DNA from: a virus
Taxonomy: Duplodnaviria; Caudoviricetes
Strand: one strand, 5' to 3'
DNA length: 57,979 bases
IMG/VR virus record: IMGVR_UViG_3300029988_000010
Location: 1-57,979 of that record
Translations under genes and position numbers: made by a program
In this document: positions 42,782 to 52,410 of the stretch, piece after piece
Layout: each line of letters opens with the position of its first letter
Position numbering within the stretch: the stretch's first letter is position 1
The notes under the pieces: generated by a model
Database searches by the model: none
What the model was told of the DNA's origin: nothing
Seen by the model: only the letters and a program-made list of their open reading frames with translations

Positions 42782-43929
42782 GCGGCCAGAACCAGCTCCG
42801 GCGCGCGGAAATTGACCGGTTCCAGATTGCGCAGCGGCATGATCACCACATGCTCATCCGGCGCCGACTCGGACCCTTCCAGCGCGAACGGCGAGTGACC
42901 GCCATCCGGCAGCCACAGGGTCACCGTCTTGCCGCGCACGGCGTTCAGGGCATGCAGCAGGTAGCGCAGATTGACCGGAACCTCGGCCGCGATGCCGGGC
43001 GCTTCGCCGATGTCGGCCGCGACGGCGTCGTCCAGCATCTTGGCCAGCACCTGGGCGCGACCGGCGTCAAACGACAGCATACCGTGAGCCCCCCCCCGCG
43101 CCGCCAGCGCCGAAACCAGGCCGACCGCGCGCAACAGCGCATGGCGCGACAGTTGAACCTGGGTCAGCGCGCTGCGATCCGGCAAAATCCGCCGCCACGG
43201 CGGAAACGTGCCGTCTATGGTCTTGGACGAAACCACCATGTCCTCGGCGGTCATCCGCATCTTGCAGCCGGCGTTCAGGCTGAAATCCACCGCCACGTCG
43301 CCGCGCCCGGCCATGTCGAGCCAAAGGCCCAGCGTCCGGGTCGGCACGATCGGACGATGGTCGCCCAGTTGGGCGCTCAGCGCCGCGAGCGTTTCACCGC
43401 CCGGCATGGCGGCCAGCCGATGGCCGTCGGTCGCCACGAAGGCGCCGCCGTCGATGCAGACGCCGTTGAGATAATAGCGCGTCTCCTCGCGCGAGATGAA
43501 CGGCTGCACGCGCCGCAGGGCGTCGCCGGCCTGGGCGTCGAGCGCCGCATGGGCCAGATCGCCGTCGACCACCATCTCCGGCATGTCGGATGCCGCCAGA
43601 CCGCGAAACCGCGCCTTGCCGCCGTTCCAGGTCAGCACGACGCCCTCGCCGTCGATCACCAGTTCGATCGCGTCACTGCGCGGCAGCAGACGCGCGATGG
43701 CCAGCAACCGCCGCGGATCGATGGCGATCTCGCCCTCGCCGCCAACCGGCTCGACCGTCGCCGTCACGTCCAGCTGAACATCGAGATCAGTCCCGGTCAG
43801 GACCACATGGCCGGCCGTCTCGCGGCGCAGCCGGATGCAACCCAGGATCGGGATGCTGTTGCGATGCTCCACGACCGGCAACACGCGCATCAGCGCTACC
43901 GCCAGCGTTCTGGCGCTCGTCCTAAACAT
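42778..43929 (-). CDS. dnaN: DNA polymerase III beta-clamp homolog
   Basis: RNSIPIL, GTDLD, EETRYYLNGV, ATDGHRL, IDGTFP, VIMPLR. Confidence 0.9.
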   Translation of the reverse strand: MFRTSARTLAVALMRVLPVVEHRNSIPILGCIRLRRETAGHVVLTGTDLDVQLDVTATVEPVGGEGEIAIDPRRLLAIARLLPRSDAIELVIDGEGVVLTWNGGKARFRGLAASDMPEMVVDGDLAHAALDAQAGDALRRVQPFISREETRYYLNGVCIDGGAFVATDGHRLAAMPGGETLAALSAQLGDHRPIVPTRTLGLWLDMAGRGDVAVDFSLNAGCKMRMTAEDMVVSSKTIDGTFPPWRRILPDRSALTQVQLSRHALLRAVGLVSALAARGGAHGMLSFDAGRAQVLAKMLDDAVAADIGEAPGIAAEVPVNLRYLLHALNAVRGKTVTLWLPDGGHSPFALEGSESAPDEHVVIMPLRNLEPVNFRAPELVLAA

Positions 43930-45487
43930 CGCTTTCATCTCCATGATCAAAGGGTGCGGTCACCGCTTCAGCCCCGTCGGTCCGATCTTGCGTCCGCTCC
44001 CGACGCGTGATTTTCCCTGGCTGGCTGGCTGGCTGGCTGGCTGGCGCGAACAGCGGCCCAGAAAAGAGGGGCGAGCCCTCGCCGGCGGCGCCGCCCGGGT
44101 CCTTGGCGATCTTGCCGCGCAGCATCTCCTGGGTGGTCAGCGCGCCGGCGCCGCGCGCCCAGGCCACGCGCCGTCGGATGGAGTCGGCGTGCTTAGCTTC
44201 ACGCTCGATGATGATCGCGTCGCAGCCCTCGACCATCGCGGCGAGCGCCGTCGTGCCGCTTCCGCCGAACGGGTCCAGCACCACGCCGCCCTTGGGCGTG
44301 ATCAGCCGCACCAGCCAGGCCATCAAATCGACCGGCTTGACCGTCGGATGGTCCGACCCCAGCCGGTCCTCGACGTCCGCCTTGGCCGAGTAAAAGAACC
44401 GCGCGGCGGAGCCGCTGTCGCCATGATGATGCGTCGCGACCCGGTCGCGCAACCCATAGATATCACCAGAAGTGGGGCTGGACGGTTCGCTTCCGCGAAC
44501 CGGCGCGAACGCGCCGGCTTCGGCGGGAAAGGTTTCGACAACTTCAGCCGAGCCGTCGTGCAGCACGTTGGCCGGCCAGCGACCGACTTGGCTTGGCGGA
44601 TTAACTTTGCCCGAGAGGCCCCAGCCCTCAGCGGGCGTCTGAGTACCCCACGCCGCGGGATTTCCTTCGACCCGGCACCCGTCGATGTTCAATCCGCCCG
44701 TCCCATGCGCCAGCACGGTCCGCGCCACGCCGCCGATCAGCGGCTTTCGCGCCAGGCAGATCGGTTCCAGCGCCGGCTTTAGCGCCGTCCCCCAGCCGTC
44801 GAAGACCCGCGCCTCCGGCGTCGCCGCCGCGTCGTTGCCGGGCTGGTATTCGCGGTCGCTGGTCTTTTCCCAGCCCCCCTTGGCCTGTTCAACGCCCGGG
44901 ATAATCCGCTTGACCGCCGACCCGCGAGCGAGCTTCTCGCCTTCCTCGCCGAGGTAGGCGTCGATGGCCTTGGCGACATTGTGCGACTTCGGAAAGCCGG
45001 ACCCATAGATCCACGCCAGCATGCCGCCGAACTGGCTTTCGTCGATGCACCGCGCGAACAGCCGGAACTGTTCCGGACTCAGCGAGTCGACAAACGCCCG
45101 GATCAGCGGGTCGCTGGCGACCAGCTCCAGCAGCATGTCGCGGATTTCAAACCCGGCGTCCTCGATGGCGCAGGCCAGCCGGTGATAGGTGCGCGTGCCG
45201 CCGAACGCGACCACGTGACCGCCCGGCTTCAGCACCCGATAGACCTCGCGCCAGAACTCCACCGCGAACGCCGTCTCGCCCGTGTCCCAGCGCTGTCCCA
45301 TGAAACCGGCGCTGGCGCGGCTGTAGGGTCCGGAGTCCCCACAGGCCGCCGCGTCATCCGCGCCGAACCGCTTGCCGATCGACACGAGCGCGTAGGGCGG
45401 ATCGGTCACCACGGCGTCGATCGACGCGTCGGCGAGCACCTTCAGCACCTCGCGGCTGTCGCCCTGGTAGACGTCGACCCGGCTCAC
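43922..45487 (-). CDS. DNA N4-C/N6-A methyltransferase (beta class)
   Basis: DPPY, HPTVKP, LDPFGGSGTT. Confidence 0.9.
   Translation of the reverse strand: MSRVDVYQGDSREVLKVLADASIDAVVTDPPYALVSIGKRFGADDAAACGDSGPYSRASAGFMGQRWDTGETAFAVEFWREVYRVLKPGGHVVAFGGTRTYHRLACAIEDAGFEIRDMLLELVASDPLIRAFVDSLSPEQFRLFARCIDESQFGGMLAWIYGSGFPKSHNVAKAIDAYLGEEGEKLARGSAVKRIIPGVEQAKGGWEKTSDREYQPGNDAAATPEARVFDGWGTALKPALEPICLARKPLIGGVARTVLAHGTGGLNIDGCRVEGNPAAWGTQTPAEGWGLSGKVNPPSQVGRWPANVLHDGSAEVVETFPAEAGAFAPVRGSEPSSPTSGDIYGLRDRVATHHHGDSGSAARFFYSAKADVEDRLGSDHPTVKPVDLMAWLVRLITPKGGVVLDPFGGSGTTALAAMVEGCDAIIIEREAKHADSIRRRVAWARGAGALTTQEMLRGKIAKDPGGAAGEGSPLFSGPLFAPASQPASQPGKITRRERTQDRTDGAEAVTAPFDHGDESDV
44017..44044. repeat. 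(CTGG)7 simple sequence repeat
   Basis: Seven perfect tetramers in the MTase 3' end. Confidence 0.95.
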
Positions 45488-45753
45488 GCCCGCACGTCCC
45501 AGAACCGCGGGCCGGAGCGATAGGGGACCCAGCTGCGCGGCCCTGTGCGGCCAAAGAAAACGATGCGCTGCGTCACGCGGCTTCGAACCACCTCCGCCCC
45601 GGCGGCGGTCAGCCGACCGCGCCAATCCACCCACCCGCGCAACCGGCAGGACAGGCGAGCCACCTCTCGCGGCGCGGTATCGCGGGGCGATCCAAGCTCA
45701 GGCCGCGCCAGCGCCTCGACGAGCACGCGCATCTGATCGATTGTCGGCGTCAT
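45484..45753 (-). CDS. Hypothetical protein
   Basis: Coupled at both ends. Confidence 0.55.
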   Translation of the reverse strand: MTPTIDQMRVLVEALARPELGSPRDTAPREVARLSCRLRGWVDWRGRLTAAGAEVVRSRVTQRIVFFGRTGPRSWVPYRSGPRFWDVRA

Positions 45754-46595
45754 GCCGTCCCCTTCGCGGGCTGCAGCACGGCGCGGAACGCCGCCTCATC
45801 GAACGGCGTCAGCGGCAGCCGCGCCTCGGTCCCGTCGAACGAGCATCGCGGCTCAGCCAGGTTCACCCCGCGCAGCAAGCCGGCGAACTGGAAAGGCTGC
45901 CCGCATGCCTCACAGCGAATGCGCAACTCGGCCATGTAGCCGGTCACCGGACCGCCCTCCCCAGCGGTCATCCGCGTGACATCGACGTTGGCGGCGAACT
46001 TCGCGTGGTCGCAGCTCATGCGCCCCCCCCCCACGTCATTGGGCGCGAGCATGGCGTGCCAGGCGCGCAGCTGCGCCATCTTGGCTGCGGCGCGGGCCTT
46101 GATCCGCTCGCGATCCAGACCATAGGCCTCGGTCACCGCATAGATGGGCGCGGGCAGTCGCCGAAGTCGCCCCTCCAGCCAATCCCGGTTGACGCGACCC
46201 GTGGTCGGCTCGCGGCCGTCCAGCCCCTGGATGATGGCGCGAGCGACCGCCTGACTGGCCATGCTCAGCCGACGGGTCAGGCCGATCAACAACCCGTCAT
46301 GGGCCGTCGGCCGTCCCCAGTCCTCGATCTGACTGGAGACCTTCAGCCCAAAATGCCGCTCCACCAGGACGACGTTGGCGACCACGTCGGCCAGCTCGTC
46401 CTCGAGCCAGACCGTGTATGTCTTGCCGCCGGCCGCGCGCGCGTCGGCGCGGTTGGTCAGGAACTCCATCGCCGCTTCGGCGCACTCAGCCAGCTCCTCC
46501 GACAGCTTGCCGAGATGTTTCAAGTCGATCGGCCGGGTGATCGGGACCCAGGGGTTCGGCGCGGCGAAGACGATAGGGTCAGAACCGCCGGTCAT
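45750..46595 (-). CDS. MazG-like protein read through a G10 tract into a CxxC protein (probably two genes)
   Basis: KLSEELAE...LEDELADV MazG-like motif; internal ATG at 46019. Confidence 0.6.
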   Translation of the reverse strand: MTGGSDPIVFAAPNPWVPITRPIDLKHLGKLSEELAECAEAAMEFLTNRADARAAGGKTYTVWLEDELADVVANVVLVERHFGLKVSSQIEDWGRPTAHDGLLIGLTRRLSMASQAVARAIIQGLDGREPTTGRVNRDWLEGRLRRLPAPIYAVTEAYGLDRERIKARAAAKMAQLRAWHAMLAPNDVGGGRMSCDHAKFAANVDVTRMTAGEGGPVTGYMAELRIRCEACGQPFQFAGLLRGVNLAEPRCSFDGTEARLPLTPFDEAAFRAVLQPAKGTA

Positions 46596-46945
46596 CAGTT
46601 CACCCCGCCGCGAGGCGCGAAGGCGTCCAGCGCCTGGTCGATCGCCTGATGAAGAGCTTTCCCAAAAAGCGAATAGGCGGCTGCCCGATCACCGTCGGTC
46701 GGCATGGCCGCGATCAGACCGCCAACAGCCATCGCCGCGCCCTTCAGGTGAGCGACGTCGAAGCCTCCGTTGCGCTCCAGCAGAGCGCCGAACACCGATT
46801 GCACGGCGCCCAGCGTCAAGTTGTAGGCGACCACTTCCTCAGACTCACCCTTAAGCCGGGGCTCATGAAACGCAGCGATGCGCCGCAGGTAGCGCGCCGC
46901 TATTTCGGACGTGGCCCGTTGCTCGGCCTCTCCCGCGATTTCCAT
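46595..46945 (-). CDS. Hypothetical protein
   Basis: TAATG coupling; GGAGG SD. Confidence 0.6.
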   Translation of the reverse strand: MEIAGEAEQRATSEIAARYLRRIAAFHEPRLKGESEEVVAYNLTLGAVQSVFGALLERNGGFDVAHLKGAAMAVGGLIAAMPTDGDRAAAYSLFGKALHQAIDQALDAFAPRGGVN

Positions 46946-47679
46946 TATTCGGCCTCCCCAGCCGCTCGCCACAGCGTGTCGCGCATCACACCGCCGGACG
47001 GCGCGTCGTTGGTCACCTGGCCCTGGTGCTTGAGCAGGCTCAGCGACTGGCTGACCGTCAGCTCCTTGGCGTCCAGGCAGGTGGCGAGCGTCTGTGCCGT
47101 CGCCGCGCTGCGGTTTTCCAGAAAGGCCATGATGCGCTCACCCAAGCCGCCGACTGTCGTCGGCGGGGGGGGCGACGGGGACGCCATGCGGCCGAGTGAA
47201 TGCGCGACGGGAGGGCGCTCCGGCGGCGCGGCGATCGGCAAATGGGGCGCCTCCGACGGAGCCGGGCGAGGCTTGACGGGAATCTGACGCGCCGCCGCGA
47301 TGACCTTTGGTGCGACGCTCAGGTCCGGGCCTGGCTTGGCCGGGGCCTTGGACGCCCGATGGTCCAGCCGCTTGCCGGTCAGCCACGGTCGTGGCGCCGG
47401 CAGCGGCAGGCCGTGCGTCGAGGCCAGTCGCGTCACCGCGTTATAGACGCCGCTGGCGTTTGAGCTGTAGCCGAGCGCCTCGCCGACTTGTCGATAGCTC
47501 AGGCCTAGATCGACAGTGCAGACGTAGGCGGTCAGCGCACGGGCGGTGTTGAGCGTCTTGGCCCAGCGGTTGCGTTGACCCTCGCCATACAGCGCGGCCT
47601 TATCCACGGCCATGACCCGCGCCACGGCTGCGGCGACCCGGCTGACCTGGTGGTTGATTTGAATGTCGCCCCCCCCCAT
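46945..47679 (-). CDS. DnaA C-terminal-like HTH plus C-terminal wHTH protein
   Basis: AR..AYV....GLSYRQVGEALG; Pro-rich linker. Confidence 0.6.
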   Translation of the reverse strand: MGGGDIQINHQVSRVAAAVARVMAVDKAALYGEGQRNRWAKTLNTARALTAYVCTVDLGLSYRQVGEALGYSSNASGVYNAVTRLASTHGLPLPAPRPWLTGKRLDHRASKAPAKPGPDLSVAPKVIAAARQIPVKPRPAPSEAPHLPIAAPPERPPVAHSLGRMASPSPPPPTTVGGLGERIMAFLENRSAATAQTLATCLDAKELTVSQSLSLLKHQGQVTNDAPSGGVMRDTLWRAAGEAE

Positions 47680-47683
47680 CGGA

Positions 47684-48082
47684 TCAGTCCCGCTCGCCGG
47701 TGCGGCTTCGCCAGCCCTGCGCCTCGGTGTTTCGTAGGTCGGTCAGCAACCGGTCCAGCGCCTCGGCGCAGGCCACGAGCGCCGGCGCGCACGCCGTGCG
47801 CGTTTCGGCATTGATGTCGCGGCTGCAGAACACCCGCGCCAACGCCAAGAAGGCCCTGGCCATCTCCCGCGCCGACCACGCCTCAATCGGGAAGTTGTCC
47901 GGCTGCAGATGCCGGATGTCGGCGGTGACCGCCGCCAGCATCTCACTGGCGGCGACCATGGTCGCGCCGGCCATCGTGACGGTGGCCGACCGACCGCGGG
48001 CCACCGCCGCAACCCAGTCGGCGCGGATTTGGCGCGGTGATCGCAGCGGGCCGCCTCGGGCGTTGTGCGCGCGGCGCGTCAT
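47684..48082 (-). CDS. Hypothetical protein
   Basis: GGAGG SD; ATGA coupling. Confidence 0.6.
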   Translation of the reverse strand: MTRRAHNARGGPLRSPRQIRADWVAAVARGRSATVTMAGATMVAASEMLAAVTADIRHLQPDNFPIEAWSAREMARAFLALARVFCSRDINAETRTACAPALVACAEALDRLLTDLRNTEAQGWRSRTGERD

Positions 48083-48624
48083 GGCCGCGCCTCCTCCGAC
48101 AGGCCGGGACGCATCTCGCGGTTTTCCCCCGAAAGGGCCGCATGCCAGTTGGCCAGCGCCGCGGCGGTGGAGATGCAATGGTGCTTGGCCTTGGCCGCGT
48201 TGCCGACGATCGCCGCCGCCAGCGCCTTCCCGGCCAGATAGCCGATCAGCCAGAACCAATCCTCCGGCGTCTTCCCGGCGTCATGAGCCGAGCCCCAACG
48301 TTCGCGCTGGTGCGCCGCCTCCACCACCACGCCGTCGGCGAAGTGGATAACCTCAGGCGTGTTCAGCCGCGCGCGCAGCCGTTCGACTTCGCCGACCAGC
48401 GGGTCGGCGAACCCGAGCACCACATAGCCCGCGCGCAGGCCGATGAAGTCGCGCAGGATGTAGCCGATACGCCGCACCTCGACCTCGCCGCCAGGGTGCT
48501 CCTCCAGCACCAGCTCGTCGCCGACCCGAAAGCCGCGATCGTCCTCGCGGACGTCGAAACCCTTGTCGCCCGCGCGGATGGCTTGGAAGAAGACCGGCCA
48601 GGTTTTCAGGTGATGGCTCGTCAC
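48079..48624 (-). CDS. DUF3850/ASCH-like protein
   Basis: HHLKTWP.FFQAI..GDKGFDVR.DDRGF.VGD.L.L.E. Confidence 0.8.
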   Translation of the reverse strand: MTSHHLKTWPVFFQAIRAGDKGFDVREDDRGFRVGDELVLEEHPGGEVEVRRIGYILRDFIGLRAGYVVLGFADPLVGEVERLRARLNTPEVIHFADGVVVEAAHQRERWGSAHDAGKTPEDWFWLIGYLAGKALAAAIVGNAAKAKHHCISTAAALANWHAALSGENREMRPGLSEEARP

Positions 48625-48860
48625 GGCCAGACGCCTCCGTATTTGCGGAACAGAGCGACCCACGCCGGCGCGGGCCGGGCGACCACGACCGCCAGGTCAG
48701 GGAAGGCGACCCACTCGACCTCCAGCACCGCGGCATTCAGGTCCAGCGACCCCAGCGCGGTTTCGAACGCCGGTGAGCGGTCGGCCAGGTCCGCCGCCTT
48801 TTCCAGGAAGGCCTGCAAAGCGGCGAAATCGCCGCGCAGCTTGGTGTCGCGGAGGGTCAT
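48621..48860 (-). CDS. Hypothetical protein
   Basis: GAGGAG SD; coupled to the next gene. Confidence 0.6.
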   Translation of the reverse strand: MTLRDTKLRGDFAALQAFLEKAADLADRSPAFETALGSLDLNAAVLEVEWVAFPDLAVVVARPAPAWVALFRKYGGVWP

Positions 48861-48952
48861 GACGGTGGCTCCTCATCGCGGGAGGCGAAGTTCACGCCTC
48901 CCGCGACTCGCTCTCCAACCGCGGCTGTCAGACGCACAACGGAGAGATCGGG

Positions 48953-49186
48953 ATGAAAGAAGATGACCTTGAGCGCGTGGAGGACGAGCTTCCCGTAACG
49001 ACGGAGGAACGGCTGCTGGGATTGGAGCTGCTCGTCACCGCGCTGGCTCGGACCGATGCGGGACGCTTGGCCCGGGCGCGACTTGTGGAGGGCGGCGGCG
49101 GCGCCGGAGCCATGACGCTGAGGTCCGCCACCGAGGCCGATATGGCCAGGGTGCTCGACCGCATCATCCGGCTGCTGGAGCCTTAG
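48953..49186 (+). CDS. Small acidic hypothetical protein, antisense to the operon
   Basis: GGAG SD; helical-looking sequence. Confidence 0.5.
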   Translation: MKEDDLERVEDELPVTTEERLLGLELLVTALARTDAGRLARARLVEGGGGAGAMTLRSATEADMARVLDRIIRLLEP

Positions 49187-49278
49187 CCAACGCCCCAGTT
49201 GGATGGTCGCGCCGACATTGCCGGCCCGCGACTGCGCACATAGGCGTTCGAAGACCGCCGCGCGCGCCCGGACGCCGC

Positions 49279-49518
49279 TCATGACGCCCTCCCGGCCCGC
49301 AATACGGCGGGATCGGCGTGACGGAGCGTGCCGGGTTCACCGGCGTCCAGGTTACCGGCTCTCAGACCAGGCGTTGGCGGTGGCGGTGTCATTGCGGCAA
49401 AGAGCGTTCGCTGCTCTTCAGCCCCGTAACGACGAGACTCGATCTTACTGAGGTCCGTCCGCCGGATGGCGAAGAAGCCGCAGATTTCATCGACGGTGAA
49501 GCGGCGTGCGTGGCTCAT
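49279..49518 (-). CDS. Hypothetical protein
   Basis: GGGAG SD. Confidence 0.45.
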   Translation of the reverse strand: MSHARRFTVDEICGFFAIRRTDLSKIESRRYGAEEQRTLFAAMTPPPPTPGLRAGNLDAGEPGTLRHADPAVLRAGRAS

Positions 49519-50004
49519 GCCACACTCCCGCGCATCGCGCTAAGGCGGCCAGCCATCACAGCCGCCGGTTGGCTTTCGGGCTCCGCGCGCGCGGAGCGAT
49601 TATAGGGCCGCGAGCCGGTCATTTTGCCGCACCCACAAACAAGGCGCGCAAATTGCCCGGTTTCGGCACGGGCCGCGCCATCAGCGTCCGCGCGATCCCC
49701 ATCTTGGGTATCGATCCCGCTTGCCAACGGACGGCGCCGGGCAACCGGTAGGCGCAAGTAAGCTTTGCGATAGGGGGAATGCCGATGATTGCCGCCGACG
49801 ATTGCGCGCCCGTGGGCCGCGCCAGAACACCCGCCGAAACCGAAGCGCTGACGGCGCTGTTCCTCGATGCCGCGAAGAGGTTGGGGTTGCCGATCGGGAG
49901 GCGACCAGCGGCAAACGATGCAGCGCCCAAGCTCGTGGCGATGCTTGAGGAAATTCGTGACGACCTCGCTTGGGCGCTCGAATACGCCGACGAGTTGGCC
50001 GCGT

Positions 50005-50265
50005 TCATTGCACCGGCTCCGCGATCAGATCCCGCGCTGTAAGCGGAAGCCCGTTTTTCTCAGCGTGATCCAGGATGCGCGCCTGAAACTCAGCAGGCAC
50101 CAAGCCGCCCGTGCCGCCCTTGGACTTGCGCCGGTCCCATTTGCGAATCGCGGCCTCGCCGCGACCGCACAGTTGCGCCAATGTCAGAGAACCCAGGACG
50201 CGCCTGGCTTTTCTGGAAGGCGAAAGCGCTTCGTCAGCGTTGCCATTGTGGACGATTTGTCGCAT
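50005..50265 (-). CDS. Cro-like regulator
   Basis: LAQLCGRGEAAIRKW...GGTGGLVP; divergent from cI. Confidence 0.8.
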   Translation of the reverse strand: MRQIVHNGNADEALSPSRKARRVLGSLTLAQLCGRGEAAIRKWDRRKSKGGTGGLVPAEFQARILDHAEKNGLPLTARDLIAEPVQ

Positions 50266-50349
50266 ACAACGATCCGTTGCTAACTTATTGTCTCGCTTGG
50301 CTGGACTGATTTGGGCTCATTCGTCAATATCACTGCGACAACGCGTCCA
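50249..50349. promoter_or_regulatory. Candidate operators GCGAC-N5-GTCCA (50249-50263 on -, 50335-50349 on +)
   Basis: A third copy lies at 51722-51736; TTGACG on the minus strand at 50322-50327. Confidence 0.65.
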
Positions 50350-50364
50350 CCGATATTGCTGTCC

Positions 50365-50955
50365 ATGGACACACTCATGGACTGGCGAGCCGTCGCAGCG
50401 CGGTTGGACACAATGGGGCGCGGGGCACGCACGCGGCTTGCGGCGGCGCTCGACATGGATCGAAGCCAGTTGGCGCGGCTCCTTCGAACGCGCGCCTTTC
50501 CTAAACTTGATCAGGCCGCGATCATCGAACAATTCCTGTCTGGCGCGCCGGCCAATGACACTGGCCTTGGACCGCGCCGGATCGAACCGCAGTCGGTCCC
50601 GCTCTATGGTCTGGCGGCTGGCTCGGACCCTGACCGCATCAATATGGGCGAGGCCTTGGACTGGCTCGCTCTGCCGCGAGGCATGCGCCTGCACGGCGAG
50701 TTTTTCTTCATCCAGCAGGTCGGTGGCTCAATGGAGCCGCGCATCTGGTCAGGTGAGCGGAAGCTTGTGCAGCGCGGCGTCGCGCCAGGACGGCTGCAGG
50801 ACGCGCTGATCGAATTCCGGGACGGGTCAGCGACGATCAAGACCTATAGCCACGAGAAAGACGGCGTGACCTTTTGCCGCCAGTACAATCCGGACAAGGA
50901 AGTCCGCTATGAGGGAACGACCGTAAAGGCGCTGCACGCTGTGCTGGGGCTTTAG
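50365..50955 (+). CDS. CI-like repressor (HTH plus S24 peptidase)
   Basis: LAAALDMDRSQLARL HTH; GGSMEP and TIK catalytic dyad. Confidence 0.9.
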   Translation: MDTLMDWRAVAARLDTMGRGARTRLAAALDMDRSQLARLLRTRAFPKLDQAAIIEQFLSGAPANDTGLGPRRIEPQSVPLYGLAAGSDPDRINMGEALDWLALPRGMRLHGEFFFIQQVGGSMEPRIWSGERKLVQRGVAPGRLQDALIEFRDGSATIKTYSHEKDGVTFCRQYNPDKEVRYEGTTVKALHAVLGL

Positions 50956-51019
50956 CGCGTCACGAAGGCCCCCCAACATGCACCTAGCGCCTTCCACTTA
51001 AAGGCCACCGGCGCATGCG

Positions 51020-51583
51020 CTAGGGCCGATCGGCATCCGTCACATATACCGTGTTTTCGCCTGCAACGGCATTGATCTCTTTCACCAGTCCGCCGCCCTG
51101 CATGTCCATATCGGGGTGGGGCTTGATGCCGAGCAGCAACATGGTGAGCGGCCCAGGATCGTCGGGTCCACTATAGGACGTTTGCCATGTCACGACCGCC
51201 TCTATAGCCCACGGCCCCGCCGGGACGCCGGCGAAGACGAAATTGCCTTGGGCATCGCAGGTTACTTGGCGAAGGTAGTCAGCGAAGTGGGGATCGGCGT
51301 TGTCGGCGGCGGTGAAACCCTGCCGGTCCGCAGCCAAAAATTCCCGCCCGTAGGCATTAAGCGGCACAAGTATCACCGTCGTGCCGGCGCAGGTTTTTAC
51401 GTCCCCACCTCGGGTTTTCATGAAGGCCTGCCCCCGGATCGTCGCAGGTCCAGGCCCCGACCACGGCTGGAAATCGGCCGGTAAGAACGGCGTCTGGATA
51501 TGAAAGGTCGCGGCGTCGGCCCGCGGGAATGCGAAACACGCCACCACGGCGCCGACAGCTAACGGAACGAATATCGACCTCAT
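51020..51583 (-). CDS. Exported beta-sandwich protein (moron-like)
   Basis: Signal peptide; CDAQGNFVFAGVPAGPW. Confidence 0.75.
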   Translation of the reverse strand: MRSIFVPLAVGAVVACFAFPRADAATFHIQTPFLPADFQPWSGPGPATIRGQAFMKTRGGDVKTCAGTTVILVPLNAYGREFLAADRQGFTAADNADPHFADYLRQVTCDAQGNFVFAGVPAGPWAIEAVVTWQTSYSGPDDPGPLTMLLLGIKPHPDMDMQGGGLVKEINAVAGENTVYVTDADRP

Positions 51584-51712
51584 CGACCGCACTCCCCCAA
51601 TTCCTTGCTAGCCAACGGTTAACCCGCCGTCGTGCCACGTCAAGACGGCCGCGCGATCGGCGACGCGCTCTCGAGTCCACAACATCGTCGCGGCAATATG
51701 CGACAATTCGTG

Positions 51713-51742
51713 TTGACAAGCGCGACGAATAGTCCATTTCAT
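51713..51742 (+). promoter_or_regulatory. Early rightward promoter with overlapping operator
   Basis: TTGACA at 51713-51718; GCGACGAATAGTCCA at 51722-51736. Confidence 0.65.
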
Positions 51743-51820
51743 CCCCTACCCGCTTCGACGTGATGCGGGTCACGACGCCTTCCGCCGGGCTTGGCGCGAG
51801 GCGCAAGGGAGATGCGCCGG

Positions 51821-52036
51821 ATGCCAACCGCCAACCGCCCCTACCTGATCTGGGACGCCGATCGCGGCGTCTACATCATCCCGTTCCGCTCAACCCCGGC
51901 CGAGGGCGCCCCACCGCAGACGCTCGCGTGGCACTCCAAGTCGCGGACGCTGCTCTCGATGCGCGGATGGGTCCTTGTCGGCTTCGCCGCCTGCTGGATC
52001 GTCGCCGCCATTTTCCTGATGGGCGCGCTGTCATGA
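51821..52036 (+). CDS. Small membrane protein
   Basis: GGGAG SD; C-terminal hydrophobic helix. Confidence 0.55.
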   Translation: MPTANRPYLIWDADRGVYIIPFRSTPAEGAPPQTLAWHSKSRTLLSMRGWVLVGFAACWIVAAIFLMGALS

Positions 52037-52410
52037 CCGACCGCGCGCCCGTCACGTCGCCGATCCGCGACATCGCCTTTGCGCTGATCCAGCGCAGTCT
52101 GGGCGAGCGCCCGGCCCTCGACAGGCTGGTGCTCGACCATCGCGTGATGCCGATGGTCGACGCCGTGATCGACATCGAGGAGCGCTTTGGCATCGACCTG
52201 GAGGCGGACGAAATCTTCCGCCGCGGGCTGACCCTCGCCGGGCTGCTGGATTTGGTCGAGGCCCGCGCGGCGCGCGGGGACCGCGCGCAATGTCAGGACT
52301 CCCGCGAGCCCCGCCCCACCGCGCAGCTGTTCACCCTCGCAGACTTCCGACGCCTCGGCCCCGCAACTGTGAGGCGCTCAACCCTTCATCCAGAGAAAGC
52401 CAGATCATGA
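52033..52410 (+). CDS. Acyl carrier protein-like protein lacking the DSL serine
   Basis: VIDIEERFGIDLEADEI...TLAGLLDLV. Confidence 0.6.
   Translation: MTDRAPVTSPIRDIAFALIQRSLGERPALDRLVLDHRVMPMVDAVIDIEERFGIDLEADEIFRRGLTLAGLLDLVEARAARGDRAQCQDSREPRPTAQLFTLADFRRLGPATVRRSTLHPEKARS

Noticed and set aside
49779-50042. Plus-strand 87-aa ORF converging on cro
   Set aside because: It overlaps cro and competes with a minus-strand ORF; I cannot tell which is real.
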